NCBI RefSeq assembly: GCF_009834535.1
Contig: NC_045698.1
Location: forward strand, 12,836,001-12,900,000
Origin: Camelus ferus
Taxonomy: Eukaryota
Reading direction: 5' to 3'
Length of the DNA: 64,000 bases
Shown: positions 1 to 12,000 of the stretch, piece by piece
How the letters are laid out: the number at the start of each line of letters is the position of its first letter
Numbering within the stretch: the stretch's first letter is position 1
Position numbers and translations under genes: made by a program
The notes under the pieces: generated by a model
Told to the model about the DNA's origin: nothing
The model's database searches: none
What the model saw: only the letters and a program-made list of their open reading frames with translations

Positions 1-1019
1 AGTATTTACGTCTGTTCTCAGTTTATTGTATTCTATAAATTCAGTCCCTCTCATCACTCATTATATTAGCTATTCCTTGGACCTCTGACTACTTTGAAAT
101 TCCATAAGCATGATAGCAATATTTACATCAAATATGTTGACTAAAATGCACAGCCATGACTGAGGAGGAGCCAAAGAAATCTCTCCACGTTAAATCAATC
201 ATTACCTTTGGACAGGGTCATTAATTCAATTACATGTTTGCCCAATAATATTGCCATTTATAGCATTTTTCTCCATCCTTTCCATGAGATATCATAAGAA
301 AGTTTCAAATATATTACACACCTGAATGTGCTTTCTTGGTTTATAAATAAACTATATCAAAACATCATATGATGTGTTTTAAGCACACGTGTGTGCTCAT
401 TATTTATTAATCCTTCCACTTCTTAGAACATAAAATTCATATTTTATGCTATTTTAGAAAAACCTCATGAGAAATAGATATACTATTACATAATGGATTT
501 TTTAAAAAGATGAGGATAGCTTTTAAATACGCCGAACTAATATGAACTGAGTTTACCTTGGTACTATTAGCCACGTAAAGAAGTTAATAATATTTCAAGT
601 CACTGTATATAATAAATGTAACTGAAAGCTTTTTTCTCTCTTGCTACATTGTTCAAAGTTAGGTTCTTAAAAGATGGTTCATTATAGAATCATAACAAAA
701 AGAACTTCACTGAAAAGTCAGTTTTTATAAGCAAAGAAAATTTTAGGAAGCATGATTAAGGAATTTGAAAGTCCAAAATCTCACTTAGGTAGAATTTCTC
801 AAAACTTTGGATGTTTCCCATTTGTCATCGAAGGAGTTTGGAGATTTGTAATACAAAATGATTTAATGCTCAACAATGTCATGTATCCCATTGGTAATCA
901 CACGGGATGTTGATTTGGGCTTTCCTGTTTCCCCCCCATTTTAAGTAATATAAAGCACATATGGATTTTATATCTGTTCACATGAATACAATATCCCAAG
1001 CAAAATATTAAAAAAAGAA

Positions 1020-1252
1020 TGAAACTGACAGAAATGCATTTATTCTAAAAGCTACACTGAAAGAGTGCATGCTTAGAAGAATATATAATACATCCATTTT
1101 TTATGAGGTTTATATACACACACATAGCGAATATATCTAAACTCAACTCTTTCATATGTTTTTTCCAGCTTTCTATGGTGAGAAGGCGAGGTTTTGATTT
1201 GTTATGTCTTGTTCTGTTTTTATGGTGAGAATGCAAGTTATTCCTCCATGTC
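1020..1252 (-). other. Candidate terminal exon with polyadenylation signal (unidentified transcript)
   Basis: Minus-strand acceptor CTACTCTTTTGACAG| (CAG at 1255-1253); open frame to TAG at 1047-1045, immediately followed by AATAAA (1044-1039), CA dinucleotides and a U-rich tract. Confidence 0.35.
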
Positions 1253-2019
1253 CTGTCAAAAGAGTAGCACCAGTTTTAGAAGAGATGGTTTTTAAACTCT
1301 CCTTGAAGTTGTATGTCAAAAGACAATTTATTCCCTCTTGAAAAACTTAAATTTTGTCACACTCTGTTTTCACATACTAAGCTGGAATTTTGCTTCTTAT
1401 GACTTGCTCACAGATTACATATATATATCTTAAATCTGTAAGCTTTAAAGTTCCACAGCCTAAGGTCTGTTTTTCTTTCATCCGACAGCTGTTTAAAATT
1501 TAAAGACAGAAAGTACTTTCTTCCCCAGAAATGGTTTTCTAAATCCTCTATAATCTTGGACACTTTTTGGATATTGTCAGATTAACAACATTTTTCCTAA
1601 AATATATTGCCTCCAAATAAAAACAGCATTCCAGATGTGGTCTGATAAAAGCATGCATATTGGGCTTATTTTTACATGATCAAATAATTCATAATTTTCA
1701 TTTAATACATGGTTACTAGCGTACTACCACAGTATCTATATTACTGGAGCCAAATGCCACTTTTCATCTCTGTCTTATTAGGAGATACAGGGCTATGGAA
1801 TCACAGAATCTGGGTTAGAAAAGACTACCAAGAACTGTTAACACAACCGTGTCATTCTTTTACTTAGAATTTGTCATAGCCTTTCTGTCACTTGCCGCAT
1901 AACCTCAGCTCTAAATGGTGCAAACAGACCCGTCTGCTTTTCTCTCCTCGTTACTCATCTCTGGCTCTGTGATTTGTTTTCCAGCGACATGTTGTGTATC
2001 CCATAAACAAATATCTTTC

Positions 2020-2290
2020 AGGGGCTTTTTTCTCATGCTATTCTCTCTGCCTAGAATGCTCTTTCCAATGTGATGTCTCAGTTAAAGGTTACATATCCTT
2101 TAAGAATCTTTACAGAGATTGATTCATCAAGGAAGGTTTTTAATCTTTTTAAAGCCCTGAGGCTGGGTTAGGTGCTCCTTGTCTTGTGCCCACAATGTTT
2201 CAAAAAACCCTGTCACTGCAGTTAGCAGTTTATCATGGTTTCTAATTTATTGGTCTATCTAGAAAACTGAGGTTATTGACTAGTAATATT
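2020..2290 (+). mobile_element. L2 LINE 3' fragment (ancient)
   Basis: L2-like motifs ctctctgcctagaatgctctttcc and ggctgggttaggtgctcctt. Confidence 0.5.
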
Positions 2291-2549
2291 TATCTCTTTG
2301 TTAATAGTATTTGGTAAAACATCAGAAACGTAGCATAAGTGAAACCCATGATTAATTAGGAGAGAGTGAATTTCATAAATTAGGAAATTAAAGTTCAGAG
2401 CAATTAACTGGCGTGTCTAAGGACACAGAGCTGAATTTTGATAACTAAGACATATCCATGAAATTTGACATAGTTTAATTAGTTTAATTTTTGAAAAGTT
2501 AGTTTTTGCATCTTAGAGGAAACCCATGCAGATGTGTATCTTATGTCCT

Positions 2550-2940
2550 GTCTCTAGAAAGGCAGCATACTTTTGCAAAAAGGAGAGTGTTAGCCCAATA
2601 TTTATGCATTAAGACCTTTCATGGAGAGTGTAGTCTGGGAGGCAGAAGAGAGAGAAAAGTGGGACGAGTCAGGGAATGAAGGAAGCAAAGATCAGGAGGT
2701 GCATTACTGATCTAGCCATTTTTGACATCAGGACAATGATGTTTGATTTGGCAGGACTGTTGTTGGAGAGGTGGCATGATCTACTGGATATCCTGACAGT
2801 CATTCTGGAGGATGAGAGGGAGGTAATTTGCTAAGTTTTTCTCCTACTGATCTAATTAGTTCCATGGGGACTGCTTCTTTATGCTTCTAGACTGAACACA
2901 TATGATTGTCAACTGGTTCCTAGAATGTTTTAACTGTCAG
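2550..2940. mobile_element. Degenerate ERVL/MaLR-type LTR fragment
   Basis: Purine-rich segment gagagtgtagtctgggaggcagaag...gcattactgatctagccat resembling LTR16/LTR33-class elements and the segments at 18.6 and 61.3 kb. Confidence 0.35.
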
Positions 2941-3639
2941 GGAGGACTTGTTTCAATGTGCTTCAGTTTCACTATTCCTATATGAAAATTGCTTCCTAAC
3001 ATTGTAGCTCAGATTCATCTTATTAGATTTTGATCTATGGAGTTATTTCCTTGCTAAAGGTGAGACTGATACTCTGACTCTTTTCCCCCAAACATTTGGG
3101 GCACTAGAGTGGAAGAAAGGAAGTAATATGCACCTGCAAAATAGGAAAAAGGCAATTATGAAATATAATAAATTAAATTCCCTTAATTTTCTACATAATG
3201 TCATATTGTAAAACATTTTTGTGGTGATGTTGTCCATGGAGTTTCCTTAGGAAATTTAATGGTCTTTGTCCTTTGTCATTTTTAGAAGTCCTACACTGTT
3301 CTTATGTTCGTAAATTTGATAATTATCATTCACCAGTTTCTGTTACTCCAAGAGATGGTATGTTAAACTTGTTTTCTAGTGGCTTATTGAACTGACAGAA
3401 AAAAAAATAACACCTAAAAACAATGATAAGTCTTTTTGATTCCCTAATAAAGTCTCCAGGTATAAGCATGATTAAAATTTTGGTATATGTTCTTTCAGAT
3501 TTATATACACCATATGTGTGCAAACACCTGGGGAAATTTTTCTGCATATGCTGCTCTGTAACCGGCTTCTTAAGCTTTCTTTCTCTTTCCTTCCCTTCAT
3601 TTTTTCTTTCTACTCTTTCTTCCTTCTTGTAATTACCAA

Positions 3640-3940
3640 CACTATGGTGATTATTCTATTTCTGTAACTCTGAGTAAATATGCATGTAGTTGTAAAAGTG
3701 GAATTGTTAGCTCAAAAGGAAGGCATGATAGTTGTTACAAAATATGTTATACCAATTGACCCTCTTTAATTAGTTGAGTGTTCTCAGTCCCCCTTCATAT
3801 TCAACTGGTTAAATATTTTGATATTTGCCAATCTGATGCATGAAAAATATCCCATTGTTCTTATTTACATTTATTTAGTTATTACTTAAGGTTCAACATC
3901 ATATTATTTATTTATTGGCCAGTACTGTGAATTGCTTTTT
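3640..3940 (-). mobile_element. Old L1M fragment
   Basis: Antisense L1 ORF2 3'-region motifs (gtggaattgttagctcaaaagg, tttgccaatctgatg, tttattggcc). Confidence 0.5.
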
Positions 3941-3954
3941 TTCTTATAGACATC

Positions 3955-4465
3955 TTTATTTTTTTTTTAATTGAAATATTGTTAGTTTACAATACTGTGT
4001 CAATTTCTGGTGTACAGCATAATGTTTCAGTTATACATATACATGCATATATTCATTTTCATATTTTTTCATTATATGTTACTACAAGATCCTGAATAAA
4101 GTTCTCGGTGCCACACCATAAGTTACTATGAGATATTGAATGTATTTTCCTGTTCTATACAGTATGAACTTGTTTATTTTATACATAGAAGTTAGTATCT
4201 GCAAATCTCAAACTCCTAATTTATCCCTTCCCACTCCCTCCTCTCCGGTAACCTTAAATTTGTTTTCCATGTCTGTGAATCTGTTTCTGTTTTGTAAATA
4301 AGTTTGTTTGTCTTTTTTTTTTTTTTTTAAGATTCTACATATAAGTGATATCATATGGCATTTTTCTTTCTCTTTCTGGCTTACTTCACTTAGAATAACA
4401 TTCTCTAGGTCCATCCATGTTGCTGAAAATGGCATTATTTTATTAATTTTTTATGGCTTAATAGT
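3955..4465 (-). mobile_element. 5'-truncated cetartiodactyl/camelid L1 (ORF2 C-terminus + 3' UTR)
   Basis: Poly-T tail at ~3955; ORF 4208-4435 encodes [25 protein letters not shown]; matches copies at 42.4 and 62.2 kb. Confidence 0.92.
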
Positions 4466-4829
4466 ATCTGCAATCTTAATTCTCTTCTATTATATAACTG
4501 AACTCATCCACAGGTCAGGGATGAGGACATGGGCATCTTTGGGGCCCATTACTCTGTTTCTCACAAGAGAAGAGGGGATTGTGATCTTGTGTGAGTGTGT
4601 AGCACTGGAGGAGAATATGGGTGATGGGAAAATACAGTCTTATTTACCATGGTAAAGAATTTAGATTTTAAACAAGAGCCAGCCATCGGAATATTTCAAG
4701 AGGGACATGCCGTGATTTGATGTAAGTTTTAAATGATATTTTAAAAATCAATGTTTTATTGCTTATGCTAATGGTTTGCTATTGGAGATGAACTTTAGAG
4801 CAAAAAAAGATGAAATATATATATATTTT

Positions 4830-5950
4830 CAGAAAATACAGCAACAATTTTGATTGAGCCCATACTGACTTTATATAAATATTTGGCAAATGGCATTTTT
4901 ATAACATTGAGTCTTTCCACTGTACAAAAATCTGTCTTTTCATACACCCAACATTCTTTGTGTTAATTTTTTTTTTTACCTTTTGCCTTGGAACTGTGTA
5001 TTTAATATTCAGAATAAAATTAGGTATTATATAGAATTTTAAAATATTTTAATGAGATATAATTGATAATTGTTACTTAACTTAAGTGCTATTGATTTTT
5101 ATATTTTTAAAAATCTGACAAACTAGCAAAACTTTCTTAATATTTTTCACTTAATATATTTTGGCTTTCCAATTAGATAATTTTCATATAACGTTTATTC
5201 CTTCCTTTTAATACTTATACATCTAAATTTTTTCTTAACAATATGTGCTGACAAGGGCTTACAGAACATCAATTAATAATAGAAATGCTAAGTGTAGGTA
5301 TTGATTAGTAATGAGTGCTTAATTTTGTTAAATGCCTTTTTTTTTTTAGCATTCTCTATTAATGTGTAATACAATGAATTACATCATTAGATTTTTTAAT
5401 ACTGTACTATTCTTACCTTCCTAGAAAAATGAGCACTATTTTTGACATAGTATTCTTTTACTTCTGTTGGATTTTATGAATTTATACTTTTAGAGTATTA
5501 ATACATCATATACACGTATGTGATATTGATGTATCATGGTTTTCATGCCATCTTTGCTCATTGAATATTAGCGTTATAGCAGCTTCATAGAAAATATTTT
5601 AAGGGTTTCTTATTTCTGGAATAAAATAAAAAACTTGACCCTTTGCTAAAATCTACCTGGAAAGTCTTATGGGTCAAGTGCCTTTGTTACTGGTCTTTGT
5701 AGGCTTTCTAAATAGCCTTTTATTAGGTGAGGTTAATCGTTTATATTTCTAAATAAAATATTTGTATTGGTACATTTATGGTATAATGTTATACTTTATC
5801 CCTCTACAGTATTTTAATCCTCTTTGTCTCTATAATTTTTTTTTCTCATTTATATATTCTTGGGAATGGTTACTAGGAGGTTGTATTTTCTCAGTATTTT
5901 TAAGAATCAGCTTGCTTTCATCTATTATACTTATTTAAAATATTAATTTA
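4830..5950 (-). mobile_element. Highly decayed L1M/L1ME ORF2 fragment
   Basis: T-rich antisense L1-like motifs (ataacattgagtctttcca, gctattgatttttatat, cattagattttttaatactg). Confidence 0.5.
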
Positions 5951-8934
5951 GATTTTATTGGTGCTGCCACTTGACATTTGGGGGTAGAAGACTGACTACA
6001 GAGCACATGTACTGAGATACAGTTCGCATAGGATGAGAGACTCACGCTCTGTTCAAGAAGAATAAAATGTCTACGTTCATTATCTATTTTACTGCTTAGA
6101 TTGAATGTTTTAAAATTTCAGCAACTCCTTTTTAAAATTCCTTTTATTCCTTTTTGGATTCATTTGTAATAGTATCTTGCTTTTGATTTACAGATGTAAG
6201 AGGTTCGCAATTTCTCGTGAGAATACTAACATCTCTCTACTTTTCTGCATTAACCTTGTTTCGTTAGAGAAAGTGGACTTACTGACTTTGTTTGGGCTTC
6301 TTTTCAGGGTGTTGAGAATCCTCCAATGTCATATTATCCAACAATAGTGCCAATCTTTAGAGCTGATGGAGTATATCCATACATTGCAGCTGGCACGGAC
6401 TTCATAAAGCACTGAGCCAAGAGTCTACATAGTTTTGTCAACAGGTAGACGTGCTACCTTTTTCTGTCTGTTACAAAATCAGTTTGCATTGCTACAGGCA
6501 CATTTTATAGCTATACCAACACTTTGGGTTTTTGTTTTGTTTTTGACTGTTTTGAGTTTCTTCACTATGGAAAAACCAGACACTAATGCTTTGAGAAGCC
6601 ACTCTTTTCCCGGTTGTGGTAGAGTTGTTAAAGTTCTTGGGTTTGCTTCCTGGTGTCTACTTTCTAAACCAACCAAATTTCCATCTTCTGATGGTGAGAT
6701 ATTAGAAGTGTCTGTTTCTGGCCTGAATTCTGGCTGCCAGTTGTAAGAGAATAGGGAAGGATTTACTGTAAATATTAGTTTCTGGGGAATTTATGGCTGT
6801 GCTGAGTCATTTCATCCTGCATGTGCATTGTGGTTGGAAGTTAGCTGGAGAACTATTTATCTTTTCTCTCTCTCCTAACACCAATAATCAAAGTCGGCTT
6901 TGGCAAAATTCCCACTTTTCTTAGTAACCATTCCAAGCCAAATCCAAGCGTAGTGTAAATTATACAGTCAGGTGTGTCTAGGGAGGAGAGAACTGTTGAC
7001 GTTACTCTGCAGTCTTCCACGTGACCTCCCTGTCACTTCTTCTTTCAGCACTACATTTTTGGATTATTTTGTTGAAAAATATGTTACACTTATCCTTTAG
7101 CGTAACTTGCTTCTGCTTGAGTTCAGTAATGAGTGGTATTCACTTGATGTCAAGGAATTTTCCAATTTTTGTCCACTGATAGGACATGTCTCTGTATAAT
7201 GTCTTTCTTTCCCTTTATTTTTCTTATATGTAGTATTAGAATAGTATTTAGGAAGGAAGAAATGTATCTTGAGCTACGTGTCATCAAGAAACTGGAATGT
7301 GAAATTGGATTCTTTTAACATTTAATTTGATTTTTCTATATGTGCTCTTTCTTCTAGAAGGTTCTTCCTAAGGCATTCTAAACTCTCATCCAACACTGAC
7401 TTGGTTTGACAATGTTAATGTAATAAGTTATAGAGTTGAGGTAAAGTATGTCCAAGATCTATGGGTCCACAGTGATGAAGAACAACTTGTGAGGCATCTC
7501 ATTGGAATAGGTGGGATTAATGGCCCTATTGGTTCTGAAGGCTTTTTTTTTTTTCCAGCTTCTGGAAATGCAATTATATGTAAATGCTTTCTATATTTCT
7601 CCCAGCTCCATATTGGGAGTGTAAGGACTGAGAACCCAATTCCTCCAAAAAATATTGTAGAACTCTCCCATTCTTCCGAAAAGTCTGTTCAATTTTTGTG
7701 GCTATCTGACAATATATTGGTTTAACCTTCTATGTTCAGGTAGCTAAAGCATTATTTTATTATCTACATTTTGCAAATGTGGCAAATGAGACACACAAAA
7801 TTTAGGTAAATCTCAAGCTATCTACTGGGAAAAATGCTAGAATTCAAAGTCCCCTTCTAGTATAGTTCTGCTTTTTCTACATAGAATTACCTCTCTGAAT
7901 ATGAGTGAAAAATTTAGTCAACAAATATTTTATCAAGAATCTAATTTTCAATATACCAACATGGTCAGGAGAGACAAACAAAAGTAAATATTACATGAAT
8001 CTAAAGAATTTGCAATTATCTGCCTGAAGAAAGGAGAATGAAGATAATAAACTTATCTGTATCGTGCTTATTAATGGAGATAACAATCGTTATAAACAAC
8101 CAAAACAACAGCAAAATGATCCACAGCATTTTAGTAATCCCGGGGTTTTAGAGTGAAGATGGTATCTGTACAATGTTACAGATTAGGGATTGGCTCAGAC
8201 ATGCTAACCTACAATGGTTTCGTGGAGCATCCTGCAGAATTCGATCTCTCTGGAAACTGTTGCCCGTCTTGAGTCATTGTGGATGCTTCCTGGTCTCTGG
8301 ATGACTTCTTGGCTCCAGCTCTTTACCATGAAAATTGGCATCGGTCCCACTTGGCTCTGTATTTCTTTGACCTCTGGCTGCCCCTACCCACCCCTGTGAC
8401 CTGGGTCTTTACCAGAAACTGAACCTGCTGCTCACTTGCTGCTTTTCAGTACTGACTCTGCAAATTCCTGGTCTAAATTCTGCTTAGCCTGGCAGCAAGT
8501 GTCAGTGGGGACATATGTAGGCAAAGCAAATGGAGGGTTATATAATGACCAAACAAACAACTCTTGCCAAATTCAGTTCAGGCAGAAGCATTCATTTTGA
8601 TGAGGGTTAGGCATATAGAAAAGGAGTCTTTTGATCAGAGCTCTTAATTGAGTGCTTTCAGGCTTTGATATCCATTTAATAAAAGGTACCTAACTTTGCC
8701 TTTTTGAGCAAGCAATTATTGCCCCATGCATTGAGTAGTGAGAGGCAATTAAAAAATAATCTGTAACCCAAATGTCTGTTGTAGAAAAGATAACTGAAAA
8801 ACAGTCAGTGAAATAACCTTAAAAATTTAAAATTTTCTTTTTTTATTTGCATGGTTCAGGACCACAGATTCAAATTCCTGATGGACACTATTAGCTCCAT
8901 GTTAGCTAAGTCTCTGGATTAGAATGAAATCTAT

Positions 8935-9037
8935 TTTCTCTCCCTCTCTCCCTTTCTGTTTTCCGCCCTGCTTCCCTTTCTTTCTACTTACTTCTTTCTT
9001 TTTCTGTCTTCTCTCTCTGTCTCTGTCTCCATTTCTT
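8935..9037. repeat. Polypyrimidine/polypurine low-complexity tract
   Basis: CT-rich run of about 100 nt. Confidence 0.8.
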
Positions 9038-9339
9038 CCAAGCGGAAGATATTTGTTATAGGTAGTAGTTAGGAAGAACTTGATTTCCAACTATAATTAA
9101 TGTCTTCAGAGAAGTGTCTTACATGAAACAAGGTTGCTAAAAATTGGAGACTTTGTCTGCTTGTTTCTGAAAGAAGCTTCTTGAGTAATATTATAGAAGA
9201 AAAGATCCTGTCTCTCAAATGAATACTGTTTTTCTATCACAAGTATTGATCCACCATCAGAAACAAAATACAAAGAGGTCAAGCTCAATGTTCTAGTTAC
9301 TCTTTATCTTCCTCTACGTTAAAAAAAAATGAGGCCTTC

Positions 9340-10355
9340 TAAAATGTATAATATTCAATTATGGTTTTTATTTGTATTTCCCTAATTACAATGTTTAACA
9401 TCTTCAAATCTTTATACGTTCCTATTTGCCATCTGTATCTTTTCTCTGGTGAATGTTTATTCAAATATTTTGCCCAAGTTTTATTGGGCTGTCTTCTTAT
9501 TACTGAGTTGTGAGAGTTCTTTATACAATCTGGATACGTATCCTTTATCAGATACATGTTTTGCAAATACTTTCTCCCCGGTTGTGGCTTATCTTTCCAT
9601 TGTTTAATTTGACTAACTGTAATTTGTAAATTTTTAGTGGTTGGTGACTTACCTCTTCCATCTAAACAAATCTTTGCCTAATCTAAAGTTATAAAGATTC
9701 TCTCTCATAATCCTTTTTGGAAATTTCATAGTTTTAGGTTTTATAATTAGATTTCTATAATATTTAAACCACATTAGAAAATAATTTTGTGGTTTCTGAT
9801 AAGTCAAGCATATCTTTATCGTTTGATCTAGCATATCACTCCTAGGTATTTACTCAAAAATAAAAATAAAATAAAAGTAAAAAGAAAACATTTGTCTGTA
9901 AGGTTTTCTATGCATGAATGTTTATGGTAGCTGTTTTCATAACTGCCCAAAATGGAAACACACCAAATATCCATCAACTGGTTTATAGATAAACAAATTA
10001 TAGTGCACACATATAGTACAATAAGAAGAAAAACTACTAATATATACATCCACATGAAATGGGTAAAAAACATGATGCTAAGGGAAAAGGCTCAAAAACT
10101 GGTATATTATCTCATTTATACAATGTTTTAGAAAAGGCAAAACTGTAGAGACAAAAATCAGATTATCAGTTACTATGGGCTAAGGATGGGGGGAAAGGAT
10201 TAATCACAAAGTAGAATAAAGAAACTTTTTAAGAAATAAAAATGATCTTCACTTCAATTTTGTTGGAGGTATGTGACTGTTTATGTTGTTCAAAACTCTG
10301 TGAATTGTATATCTAAAAAAGGTGAACTTTGCTAAATGTAAATTGTATCTGGAAA
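9340..10355. mobile_element. Old L1M element with inverted 5' part (9340-9820 minus; 9822-10355 plus)
   Basis: Minus part encodes decayed ORF2 (IREIQIKTIIEY; IKPKTMKF); plus part starts at the [21 protein letters not shown] gatctagcatatcactcctaggtatttac and runs into an L1 3' UTR. Confidence 0.75.
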
Positions 10356-11419
10356 AACCTGAGTAAATAATATTTCTTTAAGAGTTCAACTTTTTACACA
10401 ATTATTTTCACGAAAAAATAATTGAGTCAGTGTATATCTCTTCCTTCTAATTTTTCACTAAGAATGGACCAATTTTTCCCAAAAGGTGACAGAGCCAGCA
10501 ATCAATTTCCAGCTCTTATCAAGGTGCTAATATATTATTATAGAAGTTTCCTCTATTCTTATTAAAAACAGCTTCTATGTCAATGTCTCAGGCTAGAAAA
10601 ATCAGACACCTATTAGCCTTTTACTTTTTTGCTCTGTGTATTCCTAATAACTTATCTAATTATTGCTGCCTTTACAGTTTTTGAATCATAGTTCTTTCTT
10701 TTTCCTTTCCTCTCACTATCTTAGTTTAGGCTTTCACATGATTCTTCTTGGATCAATGCGTTTTGCTTTCAATTGCTTTTCTTACCCCTAGGCTCTAACT
10801 CTTCCAACTCATATTGAATATGATGACCCAATAAATCTTAAACTGCAAACTTAATAAATTGCCTGATATATCATGGTTACTTCTTCCATTTGCCTTTAAA
10901 TGCTTTTGGTAGCATGGTGCACTTTGTCCCATGGTTCCAAACACATGTTCTCCGAAGACTATTCAAAATGCCAAAGCATTTTGTCTGGGTTAGGAACTAT
11001 CAAGTACACTTGAATATAAGGTAAGAATTTATTTTCTCCCAAATTATTCTCCCAAACATAAGATATACCTCGAATCTTCCAAAGTCTTCCACATACTCTC
11101 TCAATGACTTTATTTTGAGCAAGAAAAAATATATTTTGAGAAAGCTGGTCAGATTAATAACATTAGTATATTCTGATTTGGATGCCTATAGACGTGTCCT
11201 GGTGGAGTCAAATATTTAATATGAAGTTTAACAATGGACTTAGTGAGGGAGTTTGTATCACAATTGTAAGATTATGCATTGTAAACAAGCCTTTACAAAC
11301 GTTAAACTGATTTTATGAATAAAATTGTCTAAGAATCTATTTGACTGTTTTATCTAATTCTTCAAGTTGACCAACATCCTCCTATTGTTCTTTCATCTTT
11401 TTTTGATTTTCTCATTAGG

Positions 11420-11437
11420 ATCTATCTGTCTGTCTGC

Positions 11438-11474
<37 letters not shown>
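11420..11474. repeat. Compound (TCTG)n(TCTA)n microsatellite
   Basis: Directly visible tetranucleotide repeat. Confidence 0.95.
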
Positions 11475-11937
11475 ATTGATCAATCATGTAAGCAGCCAAA
11501 TCAAATGAGCACAATATTGATGTATCATCAATCTGTATGATCTTGGCTGTCAAGGAGAGCATAACCAATTTGCCTTCTCTATCCAGGTTTAGTTTCCTCA
11601 AATTCTAAAAGAAATTGGTAAGTGTCTTTCCTACAGGGTTCAGCAGTAATTGTCACGACAGTTGGGTTTCCGGGGCTCTGAATCCCAGAAAGACGTAGAG
11701 AATACACATGCTTGCACTGCCTCTTCTCCTTGTTAATCTTTGGAGAAAAGGTGAAGCATTATAGAGAACTGATGTCTTAGAAGATTTTTTTTTTTTTTTT
11801 AGTAATTTGTATATTTTAATCTTTGAAGCTCTGTTAGAATTCACCCTTCTTCTATAGCTGTTTGTTGACTGTGACCATGGAGTGTGTAGCACATGCTGGA
11901 TGAAGTTAGCTGAGGTTTAGGTGTCTTCGCATCATTG

Positions 11938-12000
11938 CTTTCCCCTGGGCTGCTATCGGTCCTCCGTCAGATGGAGGAGACACACCTGACGTCATGTGCA
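11938..12000. promoter_or_regulatory. Candidate regulatory element: full CRE, EBF-like site and E-boxes
   Basis: TGACGTCA 11987-11994; TCCCCTGGG 11941-11949; CAGATG and CACCTG; several retained CpGs. Confidence 0.35.

Noticed and set aside
6309..6415. Plus-strand acceptor followed by GVENPPMSYYPTIVPIFRADGVYPYIAAGTDFIKH*
   Set aside because: Short, unrecognised, no partner exons; conflicts with the minus-strand signals
6000..7750. Possible endogenous viral element or transposase relic (protein-like minus-strand fragments)
   Set aside because: No RdRp, NS1/Rep, integrase or DDE motif recognised; stops in all frames; would need tBLASTn/HMM searches
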